This document shows, piece after piece, positions 52,452-64,000 of a stretch of DNA of 64,000 bases; the stretch's first letter is position 1, and the number at the start of each line of letters is the position of its first letter. The DNA is from Octopus sinensis. Lineage: Eukaryota. The notes under the pieces are model-generated. The model made no database searches and had not been told where the DNA came from. It saw nothing but the letters and a program-made list of their open reading frames with translations. The stretch is from contig NC_043006.1 in the NCBI RefSeq assembly GCF_006345805.1, positions 91,326,001 through 91,390,000 on the forward strand. Reading direction: 5' to 3'. Made by a program: the position numbers and the translations under genes.

Positions 52452-52788
52452 TAATTACGGAGATGTACTTGCATAGCAAGTGATTTGATCTGAGATCGTG
52501 TGCTGGAAACGAAAACAATTGCAGCGTGGAAGGTGTTTGTAAGCCATTTAAGAAACACACAAAAGAGGTTCGATTCACATTTAAGTTTAATTTGTCAAAA
52601 TATTTTCGTCGCTAAAATCCGCGACCTCTTCACTGACAAAAATCCGTGCAGATATTTGTCAGTGAAGAGGTCGCGGATTTTAGCAACGAAAATATTTCGA
52701 CAAATTAAACTTAAATGTTGAAGTGAATCGAATGGCTTTTGTGTGTTTCTTAAATGGCTTACAAACACCTTCCACGCTGCAATTGTTT
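52452..52788. mobile_element. Near-perfect foldback (128-bp arm) built from two head-to-head hammerhead-like units, in (TA)n
   Basis: Arms 52513-52640 and 52655-52788. HHR-like units at 52591-52640 (-) and 52655-52704 (+). Confidence 0.8.
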
Positions 52789-52799
52789 ATATATATATA

Positions 52800-52840
<41 letters not shown>

Positions 52841-53592
52841 ATGTGTTTGTCTTTGTCCCTCCAACAGCACTTGACCACCGATGCTAGTGTGTTTACGTCC
52901 CTGTATCTTAGCGGTTCGGCAAAAGCGACTGATAGAATAAGTACTAGGCTTACAAAGAATAAGCCCTGGGATCGATTTGCTCGTCTAAAGGTGGTGTTCC
53001 AGCATGGCCGCAGTCAAATGACAAACAAATAAAAGAAAAATAAAAGAAATATATATATATATATATATATATATGGTTATTTATACAACATTCAAGGTAT
53101 ACATACATGTATGTATACACACATACACACACATCACAAATTAATACTTACGTCTCTATCAACAGTTACATTGAACCACGAATAAATAATACGACCGAAT
53201 ATATATCCGACTTTATACACGCATTATTGTAGACATCTATTTATAGTGTGAGGGAAAAATGATAAGTTTCAATGCGAATGCTTTGACGCTGGAAGCAAAA
53301 TTCTAAATGATGAAGTCAAGACTACTCTATCACCATCAGAACTTTCTAGCAGAGTACATATACGAGAAATGAAGAAGCCAATGGCAGCCTCGTAAATGGA
53401 CTCTTGTCTTCTAAATAGACTTTAGTGTTCATAGTCTGTGCACAATTGAATGGACGCTAATGCAAGTCAATGTATATATATTTAAAAGCTGTACATGTGT
53501 GTGTATATATGTATATAGATATATACATTTTATGTGCGTACATATGAGTGTGTATGTATATATATATATATATACACGCACATTACGTGCGT

Positions 53593-53623
<31 letters not shown>

Positions 53624-53930
53624 CATATATAAACATATTTGTTACTAGTATATGCATCTCTACATACACATATATCTAAAATATTAATAATAATAATATC
53701 AATGATCATTATATATATATATATAAATATATACATACATACATTACATTACATTTCAAAATGTAACCTCATGTGAATCGCTAGCGATTTTCTCCCTCCG
53801 TCTTCCTTTCTATCGGACTTTCCTCTGTTTCTAAAACGTTAAACCAACTTTCTCTCCTTCCTGAGCGTCTGCTAATACTTGTTGTTTGTTGTGTTTGTTC
53901 TTTGTTTTTTTTTTATTTACTATATATATA

Positions 53931-54177
53931 TTGGGTTGGGCATAATTATTGCGACTTTTTCAACAAATTTTATTTAACAAAAACTATAAGAATATTTAAC
54001 AAAAACATCTTTAAATGACGGCGTGACCGTCTGCCAAGCAAAGGGGAATCAGTAATTGAAGTGGATGGTGAATATGCTCCGGAATAATCATTTAAAGATG
54101 TTTTTGTTACATGTTGTTATTGTTTTTGTTGAATAAAATTTGTTGAAAAACGTCTCGATAATTATGCACCAACCCAA
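53931..54177. mobile_element. Mariner-derived MITE (Hsmar1/MADE1-like ends)
   Basis: TIR TTGGGTTGG(T)GCATAATTAT extending to ~88-bp inverted arms; TA on both sides. Confidence 0.85.
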
Positions 54178-54629
54178 TACGTATGATAATAATTTTGTTT
54201 TTCTTTTTTAGCCACAAAATCTGCAATTTTGCGAGAAAGATTGTTAATTGTTTATATCGATCCCAGCACACGTCTTGCACTTAAGTTTACCGACCTTCAA
54301 CGGATGAAAAGCAAAGCTGATATCGGTAGCTGATTTGAACTGAAAGCGTTGCGAGTCGGAGCAAATACCGTGTTTCCTTTTGTCCGACACTCTAACGACT
54401 TTGCCAGTCCACCGTATTTAATAACTGAAAGTAATTTTGGCACAAAAGAGCCACAGTTTTGACGGGAAGGGATTAGTCGATTACATTGGCTCAAGTATTT
54501 GACTGCTGCTTTATTTTAACGACTCCAAAAGGATGAACAACAATGTTAGCATCAGCACGAGTTGGAGATAGAAATGGAACAAATGCAGCAAGGCAATTTT
54601 TCTGTCGCTCCAACGATTCTACCACCTTT

Positions 54630-54656
<27 letters not shown>

Positions 54657-54660
<4 letters not shown>

Positions 54661-54808
54661 AGGTGGAGAACTTGCAGAAAGCAGCACTGCTTGGAACCGC
54701 TCGAATACTCCGGAAGGTGTTCGAAAAATAAGAAGTGTTACCTTAGTTCACTGGTAGTGAACAGCTGACACTGTAGTATATCTCCAGCGTTAGAAGCTGT
54801 GCAAAGGC
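54657..54808 (+). mobile_element. R4/Dong-type LINE, extreme 3' end
   Basis: KVENLQKAALLGTARILRKVFEK* plus 3'UTR, between (AAT)n tracts. Confidence 0.75.
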
Positions 54809-54824
54809 AATGATGATGATGATG

Positions 54825-54861
<37 letters not shown>

Positions 54862-54864
<3 letters not shown>

Positions 54865-55875
54865 CATATACAACTGGAAAACTACTATAAAATAACCACC
54901 ATAGGACTGCAAAAATATCTACTTCAGAAGGAAGGAAAACTGATACAAATAGCGGCAAAACACGAGCAAAACAAAAAACTGTTCTCAGTATTTAAGGAAG
55001 CTGACAAATACAAACAAGAAATGATACCATCTAATAAATATGAAGAAGAAGAAGAAGAAGATGAAGAAACAACAAAAGCTATAAAACAAATGAAATCCAA
55101 ACTAAAAATAGAACAGCAACGAACCATGATAAAACGATGGCAAGAAAAGCCCCTTCATGGTAAATACTGGACTAAACTAAACGCAAAAGAAATAGACAAA
55201 GAAAAATCCCAGCAATGGTTGAGAAGCTCAGGACTCAAAGCAGAAACGAGGGATTTTAATTGCAGCACAAGACCAAAGCCTCCCCACCAGAAATACCAAA
55301 AACATGTAAAAAAGAATATAACAAGTAACTGCAGAATATGTGGAGATGGACAAGAAACAATAAATCATATTATCTCTGGCTGCCCAGAAAAGGTCACAGA
55401 AAACGAGAAAGCAACCATACTCTGGGATATGCCGATACACACAGATAGAGAAATTAAGGCCAACAGACCAGATATAGTTGTCAAAGATCATGAAGGAAAA
55501 AAATGCTTTCTAATTGATGTATCAATACCGGCTGATGACAACGTGTCTCTAAAAGAAATGGAGAAACTCTCAAAATACAAAGACCTGGAAATAGAGGTAA
55601 CCAGAATGTGGAATCTAAAACAGAAACAATTCCTATCATAGTAGGTGCATTAGGCATGATAAAAAAATATTCAGACAAATACATAACAAAAACACCAGGA
55701 CTTACAAACACATATAACATACAGAAAATTGCACTACTAGGCACTGCACACATCCTACGCAGAACACTTTCCATACAATAACCATCAGAGCATCACAACA
55801 AATCACAGCACATACCCAAGGCACACAGAGCTGCGCTCGGTAGTGAAGTGAAAGCACGCTATAAAAATAAAACTA

Positions 55876-55880
<5 letters not shown>
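54862..55880 (+). mobile_element. R4/Dong-type LINE 3' fragment with restriction-like endonuclease
   Basis: PLHGKY, CRICGDGQETINHIISGC (Cx2Cx8Hx4C), ILWD..I.TDR, RPDIVV..LIDVSIP..KYKDL, IVGALG, LLGTAHILR. In-frame internal deletion near 55386; (AAT)n tail. Confidence 0.9.
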
Positions 55881-55942
<62 letters not shown>

Positions 55943-55951
55943 GCAATAATA

Positions 55952-56760
55952 CACAAGACGTTAAGAAAAATACAGCATCGTGGGCATGACTTGAGCGAGG
56001 TGATTTGAAGCGTAAGGCCGAAAGCCTGATCATTGTTGCACAAGACCAGGCTCTCGCCACCAATTCAGTGAAGTATAACATCTATAAAACTTCTGACGCC
56101 CAGAAATGCAGACTCTGTGGAAAGAGTGTGGAAAATGTGACCCACTTGGTAAGTGGATGTGAGAGCCTTGCACAAAAAGAATACAAGGGCTGCCACGATA
56201 AAGTGTGTGTGTATCTTCATTGGCACTTATGCCATAAATACCAATATGAAGTAACAGAGAACTGGTATGAGCATGTACCAAGTAAAGTCATGCAGGAGGA
56301 TGGAAAAGTAACGATAATCTGGGACTATGATTTTTCAGATGGATCGTGTAATCGAACACCGTCGGCCGGATATTGTCATACTAAATAAGAGAGACAAATA
56401 CTGTCAGATCATTGATGTAGCCATACCAAATGACATGAATGTTGTGAGTGAAGAGGTTGAAAAAATCACCAATTCTCTGAATTGAAAGTGAAAATGGCAG
56501 ACTGTATGGACGGTCGAGAGGGTAATGTGAAAATGATACCAGTGGTGATCGGAGCTTTGGGCTCAGTCCCACTGAAACTTCAAAACTTCTTAAGGCAACT
56601 GGAAATCCCATGCAAGATTCATGTCTTGCAAAAAGCAGCCTTATTGGGCACAGCCCACATCTTAAGGAAAGTATTATCTTGTCTGATGTCCTTGTTGGGA
56701 TTTCACAGATGACTGAGGACTCCAGTACATTTTTACCTACTCAGTGGTACGAAGGAGGAA
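55952..56760 (+). mobile_element. R4/Dong-type LINE 3' fragment, different subfamily
   Basis: AQDQAL, CRLCGKSVENVTHLVSGC, HDKV..LHW, IWD, RPDIV..IIDVAIP, VIGALG, KAALLGTAHILRKVL; (AAC)n tail. Confidence 0.9.
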
Positions 56761-58267
56761 CAAACAACAACAACAACAACACAACAACAACACAACAACA
56801 ACAACAACAACACTGCCCTGATGCAGTACCAGGCAGTGGCTCTTATGGCTTTTGATCTTAACTGATTGGAAGTGTTATCAGGTACATTGTTTTGTCTTGG
56901 TATAAAAGATGGGCTACAGCAAATATTCTGCTCAATACCACAGATTTGCTTGTCAGTTGTTTGACCATAACCAGTTGAGCATGTCCCTTAGTGGCTGATG
57001 AGCATCATAGCCATGTGTTGAGAGGAGTTCTTTAGAGTCTGAATCACTCATCTCTGGAAATATGCGTGATTCGTTCATCATCATTAAACTTTATAGCTGT
57101 GGAAGTAGTTAATATGTGTGTGTTTATATGTGCGTGCTAGTATATTTATACTGTATATTCGTTCAAGAACCATTTGAGCGGGATGGGCTATTCGACCTGA
57201 AGAAAATTCTAACTGGGCCCCACTTGCAAGGTAATGCGGTGTTAATCTTATATGAGATCACCATATCGCGCACATATGGTTGTGATACATGTTTCTGATG
57301 TACCCTTATCAGACAAGTATTCATGATGGGTGTATTGGGCTTATATATATTTGTACACCAGTACAAATGTACTAACATGCATATATAAACACACACGCAT
57401 TAATTACTTCCACAGCAAGGTCTTCTGCAAGTTTCTACGAATTTGGATTTAGCGATCTTCAGTGGATTTTCACAGCTGCTCTAGAAGGAAATCATTACAC
57501 ACGTAACGATGCTCTTCGAAATTCACCGTGAATGCAATTTGAGCATTTCGAAAAGGAAGAATGAAAAACAACGTAGATTACAATTTGTTTTGGCCATGCT
57601 GTAGTTCTTTGTTAAACAATCCAGATGTTGTAGGAGATGAGTTCCAATACGGTAGACTAATAAGTTCTAGCTTGAATACGAGCAAACAGCGCAGCCCGTT
57701 CTTATTCGGAATTTGAATGAAGGTAGAATGGTGCATTAACGTACCATTCTATGTTGACGCATTTTAGCAAATATTACTACATCAGTTGTATAATCTAAGA
57801 AAGTCTGATTGGCACTGAGTCATCCCCACCTTTAACACTTCAGCATCGTCCACCTATTACAGACATGCTGTTTAATGCTGGATTAAAGCACGTGATTAAA
57901 ATAAGTGCCACAAACCAGTAACGCCACAACCTCCACCAGTTCGAGACCCACCCAAGATTTAGCTTAAAATTACTGAATAACATAACAGATCCTCAAAATA
58001 CCTGTAGCTCAATAGAGGGACATAAATCAGTTGTGGTGTTGTCTACTCCCTCTAATTATTCTTCCGCTACTATAGTGGCCTCTGCTCTTCGGAACTAATT
58101 GATTTCGTACCACATACACCCAACGACTCTCCTTTCATTCTTTCTTTATATCACGTTCCATACTGTGTTCTTCTCCAAGGTCCCGCAATAAGAATTATAA
58201 CCCTTTCTTTCGCAGGACGTCGGCTGTTATGGAATTCCGTCCCTTCTAATGTTTTTCTGGTTTTTCT

Positions 58268-58500
58268 TGCACCTGTGGTCCAGTGGTTAGAGTGATGCCC
58301 TCACGATCGTAAGATCATGGTTTCGATTCCCAGATTAGATGGTTCGTTGTGTTCTTGAAGAAAACACTTTATTTCACGTTGCTCAGTCCACTCAGCTGTA
58401 AATAAGTCACCCTATGACGGATCGACATCCCGTTCGGGAGGTGTGTTGTGATCTCGGTCACTAATATGCAATGGACACCGAGTAACCATCCTTAGGACTC
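58268..58500 (+). mobile_element. tRNA-derived SINE
   Basis: tggtccagtggttagag...gtttcgattccc head; gtgttcttga..aaaacactttatttcacg domain. Confidence 0.75.
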
Positions 58501-59304
58501 ACGATGAAGATAATGATGATGATGATGATGATGAAGATGATGACGACGTAAACGATGATGATAACGATGAGGATGATGGAGAAATGCAATTCTTAAAGAG
58601 TAACGCTATCAGCATCAACATCGACCTCACCGACCTCCAACGCCCCGCGAAGGTCAAAAGTCACGGAAACAACCTCTTCCTCTACTCTAAACGCCAACCC
58701 ACCTGACTGCAAAAAACAAACAAACAAACAAAACAACAAATAAAACAAAAAAAACAAAACAAAAAGAAAAATATCATGAGTGCAAATAAGGTTCTTTAAT
58801 TATAATTCCTACCTCTTTATGAGTTTATGGAACGCACAGATTTTTATTTCCATCGAATTCTCTCCAAACAAACAAGGATATTTTATACGTCGCTGAGTTA
58901 ATAATTGTTGAAGAAATTTAATTTAAGTTTCGGTAAGTACGTAAATTGACCCCAATCAATATTTACGGCCACGTACATGCCGATAGATTTCTTGATAGTT
59001 AAAACCTGACCGGTGTTAATAACCCCAGAGCACAAGACGTTAGTTATTACACTGTAGTAAAGTGTGAGTGTGTACACACAGATATATATATATATATATA
59101 TATATATTGAAGTGTGTATATATTAATTCAGTAAAGAAGAAATCAATAATTATTCCAGCCTATCTCCATTCAGTTTCAATTTAATGCATTTAGAACTGTG
59201 GTATCGTAGACTAAAGTATTTTTGATTGATTATTATTTAAAGAGACGAGCCAAGTTTATGAGTCAATATTGAAGAAACACTTCACATCTATTATGCATGT
59301 ATGT

Positions 59305-59359
<55 letters not shown>

Positions 59360-59524
59360 TATGTGTGTTGTTTGTGTGTATCTAAGTGCATGTATGTCCG
59401 TGTATATTTATATATGTGTGCATGTATGTGTGAATGTATGCGTATATGTATGCCGGTGTTTATTATGTCTATATGTGTGTATGCATGTGCGAGTGTATAT
59501 ACGTATAAATATATATATATTATA

Positions 59525-59565
<41 letters not shown>

Positions 59566-59611
59566 TATATATATATATATCGTGTATATTATATATCGTG
59601 TATTATATATC

Positions 59612-59642
<31 letters not shown>

Positions 59643-59869
59643 CATATATGTATGTGTGGTGTATGTATGTGTATTTATGTATGTACATATTTATGTTTGT
59701 ATTATATGTTTATATGTACGTGTTTGTGTATATGTACATACGTATGTGTACATGCACATACGTATGTATATATATATATTTATATGTATATATATACATA
59801 TATACATATAAATATACATATACATTAACACATACATTAACATACATATATGTGTATGTGTGTGTGTAT

Positions 59870-59915
<46 letters not shown>

Positions 59916-60639
59916 GTCTATGTGTGTGTGTATGTGTGTGAGAGTGTGTGTACGAGTTTCTGACAATTAATAGAAGAGTGGAATTCTCCGATGAGTTTCG
60001 TGCCTTCTCATAAAACGTTTGAATCATGTCGGCGATGAAAGTTGAAACTTTCACCTGGGGCTTCTCAAATGATTCCTGGACTGCGTTCAGAATAAATTTA
60101 CTTTTGATGCTTATGTATTCGTTAATTAACCTATGTGTATCACCTGTACAATTCTAAAGAATGCAATTTTAAACGAAATGGTACTTGAATAACCCGACAT
60201 TGTTGTCGGTTATTGATAGCGTAGACAATGTATATTTGTCACTGAGGTTGGCTGAAGTTGCAGGCCAATTCGGACAATGCGGTGGTGATGGTGGTGGTGG
60301 TGGTGGTAGTGATGGTAGTGGTGATAGTTAGGGGGTAGGAGCACGTGTCTGAGGGCGTCACGTCACGTGATGGGAGGGGCTTTCCATACGAATATAAGGC
60401 AAAAAAAAAAAATGAAATGAAAACGAAATGTGGAATGGAACCTATTTTAAATTGTTGCGTAGGTGTGGGAGTGAAAGATGAGTGTGTGTGTGTGTGCGTG
60501 CGTGTGTGCGTGTGTGTGTGTGTGTGTGTGTGGTCACCGAGGTTGGGCATAAGGGCTTTCTATTTCCCAAACATAGAAAGCACTTGGTGTGTTTGTAACA
60601 TAAGAGTGTTGAGGTCTTGGCCTGTAATACTGGATTCAA

Positions 60640-60830
60640 ATTCTGGCACAAGGCCAGCAATTTCGGGTAAGTCAATAATATCAACTCCAATATTCAACTC
60701 GTGCTTGTTCTATAAAGCCCCATTGGATGAATGGCAAAGTCGACCTCGGCGAAATTTGAACTCAGAACGTAAAGACAAACGAAACGCCGTTAAACACTTT
60801 GCGCAGAGTGCTAACGATTCTGAAACCTCG
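60640..60830 (-). mobile_element. tRNA-derived SINE
   Basis: ggcaaagtcgacctcggcgaaatttgaactcagaacgta...gctaacgattctg, same family as 13137. Confidence 0.8.
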
Positions 60831-61954
60831 CTAGTAATATTAATTCGGTCCTTATTAATATATTTCACTGTCTGTCTGTCTGTCTCTGTCTCTGTCTCTC
60901 TCTCTCTCATTTCCCCCTTTTCCTTCCGAGATTTGAAAATATGATCTGTTTTTTAATTACTCCCCCTCCAACCCTTACATTGTACTCTAATCGATGCTTT
61001 GTTCCTGGATTTGCAGCTTTGTATTTTTCTACAATCATTGGTGGGTCCGGAAGATGGAGCAGTGTCCAAGACTTTTACAGACAATCTGAGACGACGGCGA
61101 GATTAAAATAAAACTAAAATAAAGAGTACACACACACACACGCGCGCGCGCGCTTACTTTTAGTTTTAATTTTCGAATTTCTTCCCAATAGAGAAAGAGC
61201 TGCCTTGTAACCCAGAAACAGAGTTCTGTAGAGTTTAACTACCCCCCCCGCCCCGCCACAAAATACAAAAATAAACAAAACACAGCAAAAACAAAATAAT
61301 ACAAAGCAAACAAAAATTGAGTAATGGACTATGTATGGATGTTTGCGTGTGTTATATGCATATAAGCATGCATTTGTGTCCGTATATACCTCTGCACACT
61401 TATGCATATGCACAAGGATCGCTGACGCTTTAATTTTAGTCTGTATGCATTTGACAGAAGTGTGTGTACACATCCATAAGCTTGTATGTCTACACACACC
61501 TGTATATAGACACACATTACAAGCTGAGCCTCTGGAAGGCTTTGCACATTTTAACAGATTTTCATAGTTTTTTTTCAACGACTTGTGACTGAAATTTGTT
61601 AATTAATCGTGATATTCGTAGCTTTGCGGAGCACAGCGTTTTGTGAGGAGAAATTCATTTTGATAGAAAAAAAATCAAAGGTTTGACATGTCACCCGGAG
61701 ATGGACGTTCGAGTCCCACGGGAAACCTTCGACTTTTCCTATTCAAAGGTGTTTTTTAACCCAATATTTACATGTTATTGTTTATAACTTTATGTGTTTC
61801 GCGATCCACTGTTCCCACCCAAAATCATTTCACGTTCTCTCGAAAGTTTATAGATTCTCTTGGCGTCAGCAATATACATACATACATACAAACATTCATA
61901 CACACATGAATACATACATACATAAATACATACATACTTACATACATACACACA

Positions 61955-61997
<43 letters not shown>

Positions 61998-62113
61998 CTC
62001 TTTACTTTTTACTTGTTTCAGTCATTTGACTGAGGCCATGCTGGAGCATGCCTTCAGTCGAGCAAATCGACCCCGGGACTTATTCTATCGGTCTCTTTAT
62101 ATATGTGTATATA

Positions 62114-62178
<65 letters not shown>

Positions 62179-62340
62179 TTATCGCCATACTAATATGGCA
62201 TTCTTATAAAAATAAGAATAAAGCTGTCCGCTTATTAGCTCCATGAGGCCATCGCCTTAAGTTAGCTATTTGATACACAAACTGTATCCATATAACCTTC
62301 GAACAAGGGAGGTCAGTCGCTCCACACTACTTGACCGGCA

Positions 62341-62382
62341 GCTACAGATGCGTTTCGGGGTATTGCCCCTTTTCAATGTAGC
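62341..62382 (-). ncRNA. Inverted copy of the U3-A8 hammerhead
   Basis: Identical to 62599-62640 except CGCA for CGCG (site becomes AUC). Confidence 0.7.
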
Positions 62383-62598
62383 TAATAAGCGGACAGCTTT
62401 ATTCTTATTTTTATAAGAATGCCATATTAGTATGGCGATAACTATTATTTTCCGGGAACGCTGCCGTTGTTCTCTTTTAGAGAGACTTAGTAATTTTAAT
62501 ATTTCTATATTGAAAACAAGTGGATGTATTCCACCGAAGCTAGGAAATAAAACCTTCGAACAGAGATTGTCAGAAGCGACACCTACTGGTCTGGCTAC

Positions 62599-62640
62599 GC
62601 TACATTGAAAAGGGGCAATACCCCGAAACGCGTCTGTAGC
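62599..62640 (+). ncRNA. Minimal hammerhead ribozyme motif, U3-A8 core
   Basis: GCTACA-TTGAAAA-GGGG caata CCCC-GAAA-CGCG-TC-TGTAGC: perfect 6-bp stem I, 4-bp stem II, palindrome ACGCGT, GUC site. Confidence 0.8.
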
Positions 62641-62864
62641 TGCCGGTCATGTAGTGTGGAGCGACTGACCTCCCTTGTTCGAAGGTTATATGGATACAGG
62701 TTGTGTATCAAATAGCTAACTTAAGGCGATGGCCTCATGGAGCTAATAAGCGGACAGCTTTATTCTTATTTTTATAAGAATGCCATATTAGTATGGCGAT
62801 AACTATTATTTTCGGGAACGCTGCCGTTGTTCTCTTTTAGAGAGACTTAGTAATTTTAATATTC

Positions 62865-62915
<51 letters not shown>

Positions 62916-62974
62916 ATATATATATTATATACATATATATATATATTATATATGTATATATATATATATATATT

Positions 62975-63215
62975 CCAGACCGGGCGTTGTGAGTGTTATT
63001 GAGCGAAAACACCTAAAGCTCACGAGGCTCCGGCAGGGGGGGGCGATCCTTGCTGTACTCTTTCCCCACAACTTTCTCTAGCTCTTTCTTCTGTTAGCCT
63101 GCTCGCTTAGCCAGCGGAGTGTCGTCATTGAAGGCTAAAACAATGCGAAGCGCATTGTGACCAGCGGTGTGTAGCAACATCTGATAGATTGGTCGGTCAC
63201 GGGGATCACGGTGAT
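62975..63215 (+). mobile_element. 5'-truncated tRNA-derived SINE
   Basis: ccagaccgggcg...aaacacctaaagctc..cgaggctccggcag body shared with 7348 and 34728. Confidence 0.75.
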
Positions 63216-63224
63216 ATATATATT

Positions 63225-63304
<80 letters not shown>

Positions 63305-64000
63305 TACACACACATACACACATGTGGATTTGTATATATAATAACACACATATATGCATGTATTCATATAATAATAACGAAAGCTGTAACAAAGTGACGG
63401 TAGTAACAGCAACATCATCGTCAACAACAACAAAAATTCGCTCTCACTTCTCATTAAACACTTCATCCAAATCCTTTCTGTTCGGAAATGCGATGCTCTG
63501 GGTTTCTTGTGTTTCCGACCAGCAACTTAAAGAGTTACAAAACGCATTTGTCTTACTTGTCAGGAAGACCCACCTCTTTCAATTCAGTTGTGCAAATCCG
63601 TCATTGACAAGAGTGTGAATTGCTTTGTTAATTTTTATTTCAAGTATATCTGTGGCTTTGGGGCTGTGACTCTGTAACGGGGGAAAGGAGTGCACTAACA
63701 TTGTGCCGCTGTCCATTTTCAGCTGAGTAGACGGGGATCAGGTGAAATGAAGTGCCTCGCTCAACGCCACAGCACGTTGTCCGGTCCAGAAATTAAACCT
63801 TCGACCATACACTCGAGGGTCCAACATACTGACCAACATACTGACCACAAGGCCTTTAGATTTACGGATGTACAATAAAAGCAAAATGGGAGAATATGTG
63901 GTGGTTTATCGCAGCCAGAGGCTTTTCTATCAGAACATAATTAAATTCAATTTCAGTATCTTAAATGTATGCGTCTATTCCTCTGTGTATGCGCTTCATT

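Larger units (their letters stand above)
62179..62863 (+). mobile_element. Young non-autonomous PLE-like element: inverted terminal repeat plus tandem terminal repeats, in (TA)n
   Basis: 62179-62382 is the reverse complement of 62599-62802 (3 mismatches in 204 bp). 62380-62503 is a direct repeat of 62741-62863. Confidence 0.85.

Noticed and set aside
56813-57050. Repeat-like segment after the Dong cluster, possibly a fourth LINE tail on the minus strand
   Set aside because: No diagnostic motif could be read, so it is left unclassified.
59981-60025. CCGATGA...AAACG-TT-TGAATC possible hammerhead relic (similar relic at 33460-33512, minus strand)
   Set aside because: Too many core and stem changes to count.
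61690-61730. GTTCGAGTCCC T-arm-like motif as a tRNA gene (and SINE heads generally)
   Set aside because: No complete cloverleaf; A/B boxes elsewhere in the window all lead into SINE bodies.

Overview
This is eukaryotic, AT-rich, microsatellite-saturated DNA. From my recognition of its SINE families it is most likely Octopus (a coleoid cephalopod); I could not run a database check. I cannot identify any host protein-coding gene, only a few weak candidate exons, and almost all ORFs in the supplied track are microsatellite artefacts. The window consists largely of transposable-element remains: the 5' half of an L1/Tx1 LINE, a full-length decayed mariner, three mariner/Tc1-type MITEs, RTE and CR1 LINE fragments, three R4/Dong-type LINE 3' ends stacked in an (AAT)n tract, about 25 tRNA-derived or CR1-tailed SINEs, and many Penelope-like element (PLE) pieces including a 2.2-kb Neptune-type RT+GIY-YIG copy. 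The main hidden signal is about 17 minimal type-I hammerhead ribozyme (HHR) motifs, found by reading both strands, from several unrelated sequence families. Most have a palindromic stem III. Several have non-canonical catalytic cores (U3-A8 swap, G3 variant, extra base after A9), and many sit in inverted snap-back arrangements whose junctions fall at ribozyme boundaries. HHRs in PLE termini are already known, so the open points are the density, the core variants and the arrangement. Ribozyme activity is inferred from structure only.
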